Assembly: GCA_965216655.1 (NCBI GenBank)
Contig: CBDCGP010000022.1
Span: 38,166-102,165, forward strand
Direction of reading: 5' to 3'
DNA from: Acidimicrobiales bacterium
Lineage (GTDB): Bacteria > Actinomycetota > Acidimicrobiia > Acidimicrobiales > SZUA-35
Length of the DNA stretch: 64,000 bases
This document shows positions 17,810 to 26,897 of this stretch, one piece after another. A program made the position numbers and the translations under genes. The notes under the pieces are model-generated. The model had not been told where the DNA came from, ran no database searches, and saw nothing but the letters and a program-made list of their open reading frames with translations. The number at the start of each line of letters is the position of its first letter. Position 1 is the first letter of the stretch.

Positions 17810-18847
17810 ATGAGGCTTTCCATGATGTTGACCTACTCCGGCGACCCGGTCGCCGCGGCCGACGCCGCCGTCGATCTGGAGAAGGCGGGGCTCGACGTCG
17901 GCTGGGTCCCCGAGCTGTACAGCTTCGACGCCGTCAGCATCCTCGGCTACCTGGCCGCCCGTACCACCACCATGGAACTCGGGTCGGCCATCCTGCCCAT
18001 CTACTCACGGACGCCGGCGCTCACCGCCATGACGGCGGCAGGGCTCGATGCCGTATCCGGAGGCCGTTTCATCCTCGGCATCGGAGCCAGCGGCCCGCAG
18101 GTCATCGAAGGATGGCACGGCGTTGTCTACGACAAACCGGTGAGCCGCCAGCGGGAGCTGATGGACATCTGTCGGAAGGTGTGGCGGCGGGAGGTCGTGG
18201 TCCACGACGGCCCCAACTACCAGCTGCCGCTGCCCGAGGACCAGGGCACCGGCCTCGGCAAACCGCTCAAGCTCATCAACCATCCCAAGCGGGCCGACAT
18301 CCCGATCTACATCGCGTCGCTCGGTCCGAAGAACGTCGAGCTCACCGCCGAGGCGGCTGATGGTTGGCTGCCCGCGTTCTTCCATCCGGAGAAGGCGGAT
18401 CGGGTGTGGGGTGACGCGCTGGCCGAAGGTCGGGCGAAACGTGACGGGTCGCTCGGCCCGCTCGAGGTCGTGGCCGGCGGCACCGTCGCCATCTGCGACG
18501 ACGAGCAGGCCCAGAAACTGCGAGACGGCGGCCGGTTCATGACCGCCCTCTACGTCGGGGGCATGGGGGCCAAGGGCAAGAACTTCTACAACAATGTCTT
18601 CCAGGCCTACGGCTACGAGGAGGCGGCCGAAAAGATCCAGGATCTCTACCTCGACGGCCACAAGGAGGAGGCCATGGCCGCCGTACCCGACGACTACCTG
18701 GCCGCAACCACCCTCGCCGGTGACGAGGGGTACGTGCGGGAGCGGGTCGAGGCATACCGGGCCGCCGGGGTGACTATGCTCCAGATCCAGCCGGCCGGCC
18801 CGGATCCGCTGGGCACCGTCGAGAAGCTCAAATCCTGGCTCAACTGA
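17810..18847 (+). CDS. LLM-class (luciferase-like) F420-dependent oxidoreductase
   Basis: MRLSMMLTYSG...VGWVPELYSFDAVSILGYLAARTTTMELGSAILPIYSRTPALTAMTAAGLDAVSGGRFILGIGASGPQVIEGWHG is typical of the actinobacterial LLM family. Confidence 0.8.
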   Translation: MRLSMMLTYSGDPVAAADAAVDLEKAGLDVGWVPELYSFDAVSILGYLAARTTTMELGSAILPIYSRTPALTAMTAAGLDAVSGGRFILGIGASGPQVIEGWHGVVYDKPVSRQRELMDICRKVWRREVVVHDGPNYQLPLPEDQGTGLGKPLKLINHPKRADIPIYIASLGPKNVELTAEAADGWLPAFFHPEKADRVWGDALAEGRAKRDGSLGPLEVVAGGTVAICDDEQAQKLRDGGRFMTALYVGGMGAKGKNFYNNVFQAYGYEEAAEKIQDLYLDGHKEEAMAAVPDDYLAATTLAGDEGYVRERVEAYRAAGVTMLQIQPAGPDPLGTVEKLKSWLN

Positions 18848-18996
18848 GCGGCCCACTCCGAGCAAACCTCTGGGTCGCCGAGGCCTGCCAACAACGTCCC
18901 AACGGCGTTCACAACTCCTTCACATCCGAGGGTGACGATGGATGGTGTCAGCCATTCAGCAACACCCACCGCTGCGGTGGGAAGGAGACCCCAATC

Positions 18997-19353
18997 ATGT
19001 TCGCATTCCGTCGAGGCCGGCTCCCGCTGCTCGTTCCGCTCGCTCTGGCCGTTGCCTTCGGCTATCTCCTGGCCGGCGGCGTCGGCTCGGCGCTCGGGGC
19101 CCTGTTGTTCCTTCCGTTCCTCATCATGAAGATCGTGTTCATGATGTTCTTCTTCGGGTTCATGCTCAAGATGTTCGCCCACTGGGGCGGCCTCAACCGG
19201 CACGCACCGCATCGGGCCCATGGCGAGGGTGGACCGGCACCGAAGGCCGAGGCCGAGGATCGTGATTGGGAGGAGGCACTCCGAGCGGCCAAACGTGAGA
19301 TCGACAAGTTGTTCCCCAACCCGGGCACGAAGGACGAAGGCCCGCAACAATAG
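18997..19353 (+). CDS. Small membrane protein (two TM helices, charged C-terminal tail), upstream of two-component system
   Basis: A GGAAGGAGA RBS lies before the ATG. A Phe/Met-rich helix (MKIVFMMFFFGFMLKMF) is followed by a His-, Glu- and Lys-rich tail. It stops 22 nt before the response regulator gene. Confidence 0.5.
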   Translation: MFAFRRGRLPLLVPLALAVAFGYLLAGGVGSALGALLFLPFLIMKIVFMMFFFGFMLKMFAHWGGLNRHAPHRAHGEGGPAPKAEAEDRDWEEALRAAKREIDKLFPNPGTKDEGPQQ

Positions 19354-19375
19354 ACAGCAACAAGAGATACTGTCC

Positions 19376-20083
19376 ATGAACACCGTGACAACCACGTCCG
19401 CGGCCACGATCCTCGTCGTCGACGACGAACCGCGCATTTCCCGCCTGGTCAGGGACTACCTGCACCAGGCGGGTTTCCGCGCCGTCGAGGCTCACGACGG
19501 TCCGTCGGCCATCGAGGCGTTCTCGGCCCATCGGCCGCAGCTGCTCGTCGTCGACCTCGGTTTGCCCGGTCTCGACGGCCTTGACGTCATTCGGGAGATC
19601 CGGACCAGGTCCGACGTTCCGATCATCATCCTGAGCGCCCGCTCCGAGGAGACCGACCGGGTTGTCGGCCTCGAGTTGGGAGCCGACGACTACGTGGTCA
19701 AGCCGTTCGGCCCGAAGGAGCTGGTGGCCCGGGTCCGGGCCCTGCTGCGGCGCATGGAATCCCTCGGTCCGGGAGACGTGTATCGGGCGGGGTCGGTTGA
19801 GGTCGACGTCCCCCGGATGCGGGTTACGGTCGACGGTTCCGAGATCGACTTGACGCCAACCGAGTTCCAGCTTGTGGCCACCATGGCTGCCCAGCCCGGC
19901 CGGGTGTTCACCCGCGGTCAACTGCTCGCGGCCCTGCATGGCGTCAGCTTCGAGTCCTACGAGCGGGCGGTCGACGCCCACGTCAAGAACATCCGCCGGA
20001 AATTCGGATCGAAACCCCGTCAGCCGCAGTTCATCCTCACGGTGCATGGCGTGGGCTACAAGTTCGCGGACGGCGACGACTGA
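19376..20083 (+). CDS. OmpR/PhoB-family response regulator
   Basis: In-frame ATG at 19376. Receiver is ILVVDDEPRISRLVRDYL...LLVVDLGLPGLDG...DDYVVKPF. Winged helix is LTPTEFQLVATMAAQPGRVFTRGQLL...RAVDAHVKNIRRKF...TVHGVGYKF. Confidence 0.9.
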   Translation: MNTVTTTSAATILVVDDEPRISRLVRDYLHQAGFRAVEAHDGPSAIEAFSAHRPQLLVVDLGLPGLDGLDVIREIRTRSDVPIIILSARSEETDRVVGLELGADDYVVKPFGPKELVARVRALLRRMESLGPGDVYRAGSVEVDVPRMRVTVDGSEIDLTPTEFQLVATMAAQPGRVFTRGQLLAALHGVSFESYERAVDAHVKNIRRKFGSKPRQPQFILTVHGVGYKFADGDD

Positions 20084-21153
20084 TGGGCGGCCCGGGCCGG
20101 TACCCGTGGCGGTATGGGCCTCCGGGGTCGGGCGATCACCGGGCGATGTTCCGTCGGTTCCGGCGCTTCATGGGTCTGATGATGGTGCTCACCGTGCTGC
20201 TGCCGGTGCTCCTGGCGGGGGCCTTGACCGCCGCCTTCGCCGGTTGGACCGGAGCCGCGGCCGCCGCCGTCTTGAGTTTGGCCGTGGTCGTCGTCGGCGT
20301 GTTGCTCGGCCGCTTCCTGTTCCGGGGGTTTCGGTCGGTCAACGAACTGGTCGAGGCGACGGGTCGGCTCGCCGATGGCGACTACACGGCCCGTATCGTC
20401 TCGGAGTCGCCGCCGGCATTCGGCCCGATGATCGGTGCCTTCAACCGGATGGCCGAGCGTCTGGAGCAGTCCGACGACCAGCGACGTAGGCTGCTGGCCG
20501 ACGTCGGGCACGAGCTGCGCACCCCGCTCACCATCATCCGAGGTGAGCTGGAGGCGATGGTCGACGGCGTACACGAATTGAGGGAGTCCGAGTTGCGTCG
20601 GCTGCTGGTCGACGTCGACGGGATGGAGCGGTTGCTCGATGATCTGAAGACCCTCAGCACCACGGAAGCCGGTGTCCTGGCCCTCCACCCGGAACCGACC
20701 GATGTCGGCCGCCTGGTGTCCGACACCGTCGCCCGGTTCGAGGCCGAGGCGCATGCCGATGGCGTTGATCTGGTCGTCGACGTTCCCTCGACCACTGAAC
20801 CGCCGGTCGTGGCCGAGGTCGACTCCATGCGGATCGGCGAGGTGGTGACGAACCTCGTGACCAACGCACTCCGGGCGGTCGATTCCGGCGGCCGCATCGA
20901 CGTGTGGGCCCGGACCACCGGGGAGGGGGACGGCGATATCGAGATCATGATCCGAGACAACGGTGCGGGTATCGCGGCCGATCAGTTACCGACGATCTTC
21001 GACCGCTTCGCCAAGGGCCGCGACTCGAACGGGTCCGGTCTCGGTTTGACCATCAGCCGCAGTCTGGTCGAGGCCCACGCCGGAACCATCGAGGCGGACA
21101 GCACGCCGGGGCAGGGGACGACGATGACCGTGCGGCTCCCCAAGGCCGGATGA
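20083..21153 (+). CDS. Sensor histidine kinase (TM-HAMP-HisKA-HATPase_c)
   Basis: The start overlaps the RR stop (TGATG). H-box is ADVGHELRTPLT, N-box is VVTNLVTNALRAV, and G-boxes are RDNGAGI and GSGLGLTISRSLVEAHAGTI. Confidence 0.9.
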   Translation: MGGPGRYPWRYGPPGSGDHRAMFRRFRRFMGLMMVLTVLLPVLLAGALTAAFAGWTGAAAAAVLSLAVVVVGVLLGRFLFRGFRSVNELVEATGRLADGDYTARIVSESPPAFGPMIGAFNRMAERLEQSDDQRRRLLADVGHELRTPLTIIRGELEAMVDGVHELRESELRRLLVDVDGMERLLDDLKTLSTTEAGVLALHPEPTDVGRLVSDTVARFEAEAHADGVDLVVDVPSTTEPPVVAEVDSMRIGEVVTNLVTNALRAVDSGGRIDVWARTTGEGDGDIEIMIRDNGAGIAADQLPTIFDRFAKGRDSNGSGLGLTISRSLVEAHAGTIEADSTPGQGTTMTVRLPKAG

Positions 21154-21157
21154 GTCC

Positions 21158-22057
21158 CTAGTCGAGCAGGATGTCCTGACGCATCCCCGCCCGTTCGAGA
21201 TGGACGGGCAGGACCCGACCGTAGAGCTGGCGGCAGCGTTCGGGGCTGGCCACCATGTCGGGTTCGTCGACGTAGGAGAAGATGCCGACGTAGCGGGGCC
21301 GGTCGCCGGCCATCGGAGCCACCCGGTGCAGGCTGTGCCGACCGAGAAAGATCTGGAGATCGCCTGGGGCGAGGTCGAGGTTGACCACCCGATCCGAAAC
21401 CCCGTCGAGCACACGGGCCACCGCATCGAAGTTCTCATCGTGATCGGTGCGGATGTTCGGCGCGTACTGGAACGCGCCACCCTCCTCGGCCGTCTGGATC
21501 GCCAGCGTGATCGTGTAGTCGTTGGTGTCGAAGTGCCACGGGAAGCCGGGCCCCTCCTCCGCCAAGTTGATGATCACGTCGGCCAGCGGGTCGGCGTAGC
21601 GGTGGAACGGGTCGGCCTCGAGGCAATCGCGGATGAAGTCATCGAAGCCGGGTTCGTCGTAGAGCCCGCGCAACGGCCCGTCGGCTGCGAAGTTGTCGGC
21701 CGGGACGAAGGCGTTGGAACGATCATGGAATCGTCGAACCGGATGGTTCGACGGCAGTGACTCGTCGTCGGCGGTGAAGTAGGGGTTGGTGCGGTTGAAC
21801 GAGCGATGGGCCGCCGGAGCGACGGCATCGGCCTCGGCGACGGCGGCAGCCAGCCCGGTCGGGGTCAAGACCTTGTGGATGACCGCACAGCCGTCTTGCG
21901 CCAGATCGGCCCGCACCCGCTCGACGAGCGCGGCTCGGGCGCTGGATGCGGGCCGGTCAATCGGCAGGGCGTCATAGTCGATGTTGGGTTCACCGGCTGG
22001 ACTTCTGTTGGGAATCACAGCACGGCCTCCAGGCGGGCCGGTACGTGTTTGTGCCAC
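21158..22057 (-). CDS. Fe(II)/2-oxoglutarate-dependent dioxygenase-like protein
   Basis: A WHFDTND (HxD) motif and a distal HSLHRV His sit in a jelly-roll-like context. Its first 43 nt overlap the upstream molybdoenzyme gene. Family assignment is by eye only. Confidence 0.5.
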   Translation of the reverse strand: MAQTRTGPPGGRAVIPNRSPAGEPNIDYDALPIDRPASSARAALVERVRADLAQDGCAVIHKVLTPTGLAAAVAEADAVAPAAHRSFNRTNPYFTADDESLPSNHPVRRFHDRSNAFVPADNFAADGPLRGLYDEPGFDDFIRDCLEADPFHRYADPLADVIINLAEEGPGFPWHFDTNDYTITLAIQTAEEGGAFQYAPNIRTDHDENFDAVARVLDGVSDRVVNLDLAPGDLQIFLGRHSLHRVAPMAGDRPRYVGIFSYVDEPDMVASPERCRQLYGRVLPVHLERAGMRQDILLD

Positions 22058-24309
22058 GGCGTGCCGGCGTAGGCGTCACGCCAGTCGGTGGTGGTCAGTT
22101 CGTTGGGTGCGACCCCGGTCGGCTCGGGATCGCCGCCGGCGGGGGAGTAGTCGAGACCGAGCCCGTTGGGCGGCGACACGTGTCCGTCCAGCATGGTGTC
22201 GTTGACCTCGGCCACGGCAACGGCCGTCCCTCCCGGCGTGGTGACCCGGACGCGGGCGCCCGATTCGACCCCGAGGGTCGCGGCGTCGGCCGGGCTCAGC
22301 CGCAACGCACCCTCGGCGTCCCGCTTGCGCCACGACGGGTCTCGCATGATCGTGTTGGCGGTGAAGCTGCGGCGCTCGCCGGCCGACAGGATGAACGGGA
22401 ATTCGTCGCTCCGGTGGTCGATCGGTTGACCGGACAGCGAGGCCAGGTCGGCCACCATCTCCGGCAGGTCGACGTTGATCCGGGCGTCGTCGACTTTGAG
22501 CATGGACCATGAATCCTCGTAGTCGTGGCGGGTGAAGATCACCCCGTCGCGTGACGCCACCATTGCATCGAACAGGGCGTCGGCATCGTGGTGTCCGGCG
22601 GCCCGCATCGCCTCGGGATACTTCATCGCCACCTGTTGCGCCGAGAACCACAGCGGAGCGGCCTCGGCCATGCCGGCCGGCAACGTGGGGCCGAGCACCT
22701 CATAGAGGACGACGGCGCCATAACCGGCTAGATCCGGGTTGGTCGACACGGCCTCGCCCAGGGCGGCGGCGAACGCCTGACGCCCCTTGGCGGCTGCGGC
22801 CTTGAGCGGGGCCAGCGTCTCGTCGTCGATCACACCGAGCTCATGGAGCAACCGGCGGTGGATCTCGGCCTCTGACAGCGTGCCCGGCAGCGGTTCGAGA
22901 ATCGGGGCCCGCACCGTGAACGTGTTCTCCGGGAACGACAGACTGAGGAACGTGGCCTCACACTTCTCGTACTGCGAAGACGCCGGGAGTACGTAGTCGG
23001 CGAAGCGGGCGGTTTCGGTCATCGCCACGTCGATCACGACGGAGAACTCGAGACCGGCCATCACCTCCCGCCACTCCCTCGACGAGGCCAGCGAGTGAAC
23101 CGGGTTGGCGCTCTCGATGAACATGGCCCGGATGCGGTCCGGATGATCCGACAGCACCAGCTCGGGGATTTCATTACAGGGGACGAGGCCGGAGATGATG
23201 GCGCTTCCGGTGACCGGAGTGGTCGGCTCCCGCCCGGCGGCGCTGTAGTTGAAGAGGGGCACCATCCACGAATGGGTGGTCATGCCTCCCGGTTTGGCGA
23301 AGCTGCCGACCAGCACCCACAGCAGCTTCTGCAGATACGACACCAGCGTGGAGTTGGGGGCCATCTCCACTCCGAGGTCCTCGAGCACGGCCACCGAATC
23401 GGCGGTCGCCAGCCGGTGAGCGGCGGACCGGATGAGGGCCTCGTCGACGCCGCAACGCCGAGCGAAGTCGACGACATCGACCTGCCCGAGTTCGGCCATC
23501 ACCGCCTCGGCCCCGGCGGTGTTGTCATCGAGCCACGCCTGATCGCAGAGGTCGTCCTGGACGATGACGCCGGCCAGGGCGGCGACGCAGAACGCGTCGG
23601 TGCCAGGTCGAACCTGGAGATGGAAATCGGCGAGCTCGGCGGTCTCGGTGCGCCGTGGGTCGATCACGACCATTGACCGTGACTCGTCAGCCGCGATCTG
23701 TTTCAGCACTCGCCGGGTCTCGTCGAACCCGTGGGAGTGCCACGGGTTCTTCCCGACGAACACCGAGACCTCGGCGTGGTGGAAGTTGCCGTGAAGGTGG
23801 GAGCCGAACATGCGGCCGTCGACCCACGCCTCCCCGGTCTTCTCCTGGGCCAGGGCGTTCGATCGGAGGCGGATGCCGAGCGCTCGTCGAGTGGCGGCTC
23901 CGTAGGCCCCGCACAGGTGGTTCCCCTGCCCGCCGCCCCCGTAGTAGAACAGTGACTCGGTGCCGTGGGTGGCGCCGACTCGTTGAAAGCCCGCGGCCAC
24001 CTCGGCGATGGCGGTGTCCCAGTCCACCTCGGTGTAGCTGCCGTCGGCCTCCCGCCGCAACGGGCTCGTCAGCCTCCCGTTGGCGTTCTGATAGTGGTTG
24101 AGCCGCAGCGCCTTCTCACAGGTGTAGCCCTTCGAGGCGACATGGGCCTTGTTGCCCCGCACCCGTGTGATCACCCGGTCGTCGAGACGCACCTCGACCC
24201 CGCAGTTGTTCGAGCAGAGGATGCAGACCGTCTTGTGCCACTCCCGAGCGGAATCGCTGCCGCCTGCTTTATCCGGGCTTTCCTGGTCGACCCCTGCAAC
24301 GGTCATCAC
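22015..24309 (-). CDS. Molybdopterin (MGD) oxidoreductase, formate-dehydrogenase/nitrate-reductase superfamily
   Basis: 764 aa. The N-terminal 4Fe-4S motif is CILCSNNCGVEV...KGYTCEK. MGD-binding segments and a C-terminal beta-barrel (VRVTTPGGTAVAVAEVNDTMLDGHV) are visible. The ORF is uninterrupted, with no in-frame TGA. Confidence 0.85.
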   Translation of the reverse strand: MMTVAGVDQESPDKAGGSDSAREWHKTVCILCSNNCGVEVRLDDRVITRVRGNKAHVASKGYTCEKALRLNHYQNANGRLTSPLRREADGSYTEVDWDTAIAEVAAGFQRVGATHGTESLFYYGGGGQGNHLCGAYGAATRRALGIRLRSNALAQEKTGEAWVDGRMFGSHLHGNFHHAEVSVFVGKNPWHSHGFDETRRVLKQIAADESRSMVVIDPRRTETAELADFHLQVRPGTDAFCVAALAGVIVQDDLCDQAWLDDNTAGAEAVMAELGQVDVVDFARRCGVDEALIRSAAHRLATADSVAVLEDLGVEMAPNSTLVSYLQKLLWVLVGSFAKPGGMTTHSWMVPLFNYSAAGREPTTPVTGSAIISGLVPCNEIPELVLSDHPDRIRAMFIESANPVHSLASSREWREVMAGLEFSVVIDVAMTETARFADYVLPASSQYEKCEATFLSLSFPENTFTVRAPILEPLPGTLSEAEIHRRLLHELGVIDDETLAPLKAAAAKGRQAFAAALGEAVSTNPDLAGYGAVVLYEVLGPTLPAGMAEAAPLWFSAQQVAMKYPEAMRAAGHHDADALFDAMVASRDGVIFTRHDYEDSWSMLKVDDARINVDLPEMVADLASLSGQPIDHRSDEFPFILSAGERRSFTANTIMRDPSWRKRDAEGALRLSPADAATLGVESGARVRVTTPGGTAVAVAEVNDTMLDGHVSPPNGLGLDYSPAGGDPEPTGVAPNELTTTDWRDAYAGTPWHKHVPARLEAVL

Positions 24310-24383
24310 ATACTCCTAACACTGCGATTGGATCATGGTGCCATCCCCTGAGACAAGACCTCAACACAGGAGTTGACTTACCA

Positions 24384-25244
24384 ATGGCTATTCCCGACCT
24401 GAAGCGGTTCATGATTCCCGGTGCGTTGGTCATCGGTGGTGTGACCGCCGGATCGATGTTGGCGCCGGTCGCCCTCGCCTCTGCCGCCGACGACACGACC
24501 GACAGCACCGACGAGAGCACCGACGAGACCGTCGACACGCCCGATTCGGAGGCTGACTCCGACGTCGACGAACGACGGGCTCGCCACCGCCGCCACCATC
24601 GGCTCCACGCCGCCAGACACCTTGCGGCCGACGTGGTGACCGAGACCCTCGACATGACCGAGGACGAGCTGCGAGACGCGTTCTCCGAAGGAAAGTCGCT
24701 GGCCGACATCGCCGCCGACCAGGGTGTCGCGGTCGACGACCTGAAGGCCGCGCTCGAAGCCGCCGCCACCGAACGCATCGATCAGGCCGTCGAAGACGAG
24801 CGCATCGACGCCGACCGGGCCGCCGAGATGAAGGAGAATCTCGGTGATCGGATCGACGAACTCATCGAGCGCACGCCCGGTGATCGCTTCGGTCGGGGAC
24901 ACGGCCATCATGCTCATGGCGGCGGTGAGGCGCTGGCCGAGTTCCTCGGTCTGAGCGTTGACGAACTGCGGGCCGCCATGGCGGACGGTGGAACACTGGC
25001 CGAGCTGGCCGAGGCCCAAGGTGTATCCGAGGACGACCTCGTGGCGTTTCTGCTCGACAGCGTCGAGGAGCGACTCGATCAGGCGGTGGAGAACGGCCGT
25101 CTTGACGCCGACGACGCCGAGGACAAACTCGACGGCGCCGCCGAACGTATCGAGGAGCACATCAACTCCGAGTTCGGCGAGCGACCAGGCCGGAAGGGCC
25201 ACGGCCACCGTCACGGTCCCGCTGACTCCTCACTCGACGCCTGA
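24384..25244 (+). CDS. Secreted acidic protein with two ~93-aa internal repeats, each ending in a His-rich GHGHxxHG motif
   Basis: A signal peptide (..MLAPVALASAADD) is followed by an Asp/Thr/Ser/Glu-rich linker. Repeat 1 is nt 24645-24923 and repeat 2 is nt 24942-25220. They align as DELRxA...LAxxAxxQGVxxDDL...ERxDQAVExxRxDAD...RIxE...GRxGHGHxxHG. Confidence 0.6.
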   Translation: MAIPDLKRFMIPGALVIGGVTAGSMLAPVALASAADDTTDSTDESTDETVDTPDSEADSDVDERRARHRRHHRLHAARHLAADVVTETLDMTEDELRDAFSEGKSLADIAADQGVAVDDLKAALEAAATERIDQAVEDERIDADRAAEMKENLGDRIDELIERTPGDRFGRGHGHHAHGGGEALAEFLGLSVDELRAAMADGGTLAELAEAQGVSEDDLVAFLLDSVEERLDQAVENGRLDADDAEDKLDGAAERIEEHINSEFGERPGRKGHGHRHGPADSSLDA

Positions 25245-25299
25245 TCGGACGACTTTTCCGGATTTCGGCTCGATCCGGGCATAAATGCTTCCCGATCGA

Positions 25300-25466
25300 G
25301 GTTGTACAGTCTGCAACCGTTTCTCCCCCCTTTGACGGATTGCAAACAGCGACGGAGGACCATTCCCTCCACCTCCGTCGCCAAATCCACTGGACTCTCT
25401 TCAATCCCCCACCGCGATCCAGTGGAACCAGTGGCCCCGCCTCTTGTGCGGGGCCACTGATGTTTT
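25300..25466 (+). ncRNA. Candidate small RNA: three hairpins with C-rich loops plus intrinsic terminator (6C-like)
   Basis: Hairpin 1 is at 25313-25343, with loop UUCUCCCCCCUUUG. Hairpin 2 is at 25349-25381, with stem GCGACGGAG/CTCCGTCGC and loop ACCAUUCCCUCCAC. Hairpin 3 is at 25387-25425, with stem CCACTGGA/TCCAGTGG and a loop containing CCCCC. The terminator GTGGCCCCGC-ctcttgt-GCGGGGCCAC plus TGATGTTTT is at 25431-25466. There is no credible ORF. Confidence 0.4.
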
Positions 25467-25497
25467 GCGGTTTCCAGTCGAACTACCCTTGAAGGCC

Positions 25498-25824
25498 GTG
25501 AGCCATCGTGTGGTGCTGCGGAACATGGACGGACGGGTGGTGGAGGTCCAGCCGGGTCAAGCGGTGTTGGAGGCGGTCGAGGCCGCAGGCATCGAGTTGC
25601 CTCACGGCTGTCGCCAGGGTGGTTGCACGACGTGTGCCGCCCGGCTGATCGAGGGCGAGCTGGATCAGACCGATGCATTGGCGCTGACCGATGCCATGCG
25701 GGAGCGTGGTTGGGTGCTGCTGTGCGTTGGTCGTCCGATCACCGACTGTGTGCTCGACGTTAGCGGCGCCGGCGCAGTCCACCGCCGCCGCCGCACCCGC
25801 TCGGACCCCCGCCGCACCCGCTGA
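25498..25824 (+). CDS. Plant-type [2Fe-2S] ferredoxin
   Basis: HGCRQGGCTTCAARLIEGEL...WVLLCVGRP gives the C-x4-C-x2-C...C pattern. The GTG at 25498 was chosen and the start is uncertain. The basic C-terminal tail is unusual. Confidence 0.7.
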   Translation: MSHRVVLRNMDGRVVEVQPGQAVLEAVEAAGIELPHGCRQGGCTTCAARLIEGELDQTDALALTDAMRERGWVLLCVGRPITDCVLDVSGAGAVHRRRRTRSDPRRTR

Positions 25825-25919
25825 CCCCCGGGCCCTCGCCGAGCCTCGTCCGGGAGCTACGCGCGAAGTCGGGCAATGTTGCCTCGGTTCGCGCGCAACT
25901 CGGCGGGACGCCGGGGATC

Positions 25920-26885
25920 TCAAGCCGCCGGGCGTTCGAGTTGCCGGCTTCGGATTCGGGCGATCTCGGCCACGGTGGCCACGAACCGCGCCGGATCGGC
26001 GAGCTGCGACCTGGTGACGTACAGAAGCTGCCAACCCTGGGTGCTGACGAGCAGATCTCGAACATTGTCGGCATCATGCTTGGCCGCACCTCGGTGGAAC
26101 GTGCGGCCGTGAGCCTCGATCCCGAGCTTGATCGACGGCATGGCCAGATCCAGTCGGAACCGACGACCCGCCACCTCGATCGGGTACTGCGCCTCGAGAC
26201 GAGGCAGATCCGCCATCGTCAGAAGGTCGGCGACAACCCGTTCGAGCCATGATTCGGTGACGTCGGTGATTCGCCGACTGTCTTCGAGGAGGGCGGCCAG
26301 GGCCACCGGTCCGGCGTCGGTCGGGGACCAGATACGGTCGAGGGTGTCGGTCAACCAGCGGGTGGAGTTGGTTTGGCAGAACTGATCGAGATACCAGGAC
26401 AGATCGCGCCGGCTCACGACCCGCCCCAGCAGGCACAGGGTGGCCGCCCGATTCAGCGTGCGGATGCCGTTGACCTCACAGACATCGGTTCGGGGGTCGA
26501 CGCCCTTCGCCCGGTGGAGGCTGACCGCGGTCGGAGCCCGCGCTGAGCCGGGCACGAGAATCTGCGGCGACGCCGGCGGAGCCGAGTCCCATTCGTGCAG
26601 CCAGGTTGACGACAGATGACAGGCCGCCGCTGCCCGTCGGGCCAGCGTGGCCGCCCGCGTCGCCTGACCCGGAGGCTTGCCGAGGGACGCAAAGCCCCAC
26701 ACCCGAGGGTGGAGGTGCGTCAGGATTCCCTCACCCGCCGCTCGCGAGAGACGCTGGGGTGGGATGGACATGTCGGCGGCCTCGGTGGTGTGAAAGGCGT
26801 TGTGTCGAGAGGCCGCGAACTCGACCAACGCCGCCATGACGCTGTCGAATCGCATGCTCGAGACAATAGCGACCCCCACCGACAC
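25920..26885 (-). CDS. DUF559/Vsr-like endonuclease-domain protein
   Basis: The C-terminus reads LEAQYPIEVAGRRFRLDLAMPSIKLGIEAHGRTFHRGAAKHDADNVRDLLVSTQGWQLLYVTRSQL, which is typical of the actinobacterial DUF559 family. Confidence 0.7.
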   Translation of the reverse strand: MSVGVAIVSSMRFDSVMAALVEFAASRHNAFHTTEAADMSIPPQRLSRAAGEGILTHLHPRVWGFASLGKPPGQATRAATLARRAAAACHLSSTWLHEWDSAPPASPQILVPGSARAPTAVSLHRAKGVDPRTDVCEVNGIRTLNRAATLCLLGRVVSRRDLSWYLDQFCQTNSTRWLTDTLDRIWSPTDAGPVALAALLEDSRRITDVTESWLERVVADLLTMADLPRLEAQYPIEVAGRRFRLDLAMPSIKLGIEAHGRTFHRGAAKHDADNVRDLLVSTQGWQLLYVTRSQLADPARFVATVAEIARIRSRQLERPAA

Positions 26886-26897
26886 CGAGGCTTCGGC

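Noticed and set aside
22015-24309. The FDH-superfamily molybdoenzyme as the selenoprotein partner of selC
   Set aside because: The ORF is continuous with no in-frame TGA, and the region equivalent to the Sec/Cys ligand contains Cys (NHLCGAYG). Nothing in the sequence supports Sec incorporation here.
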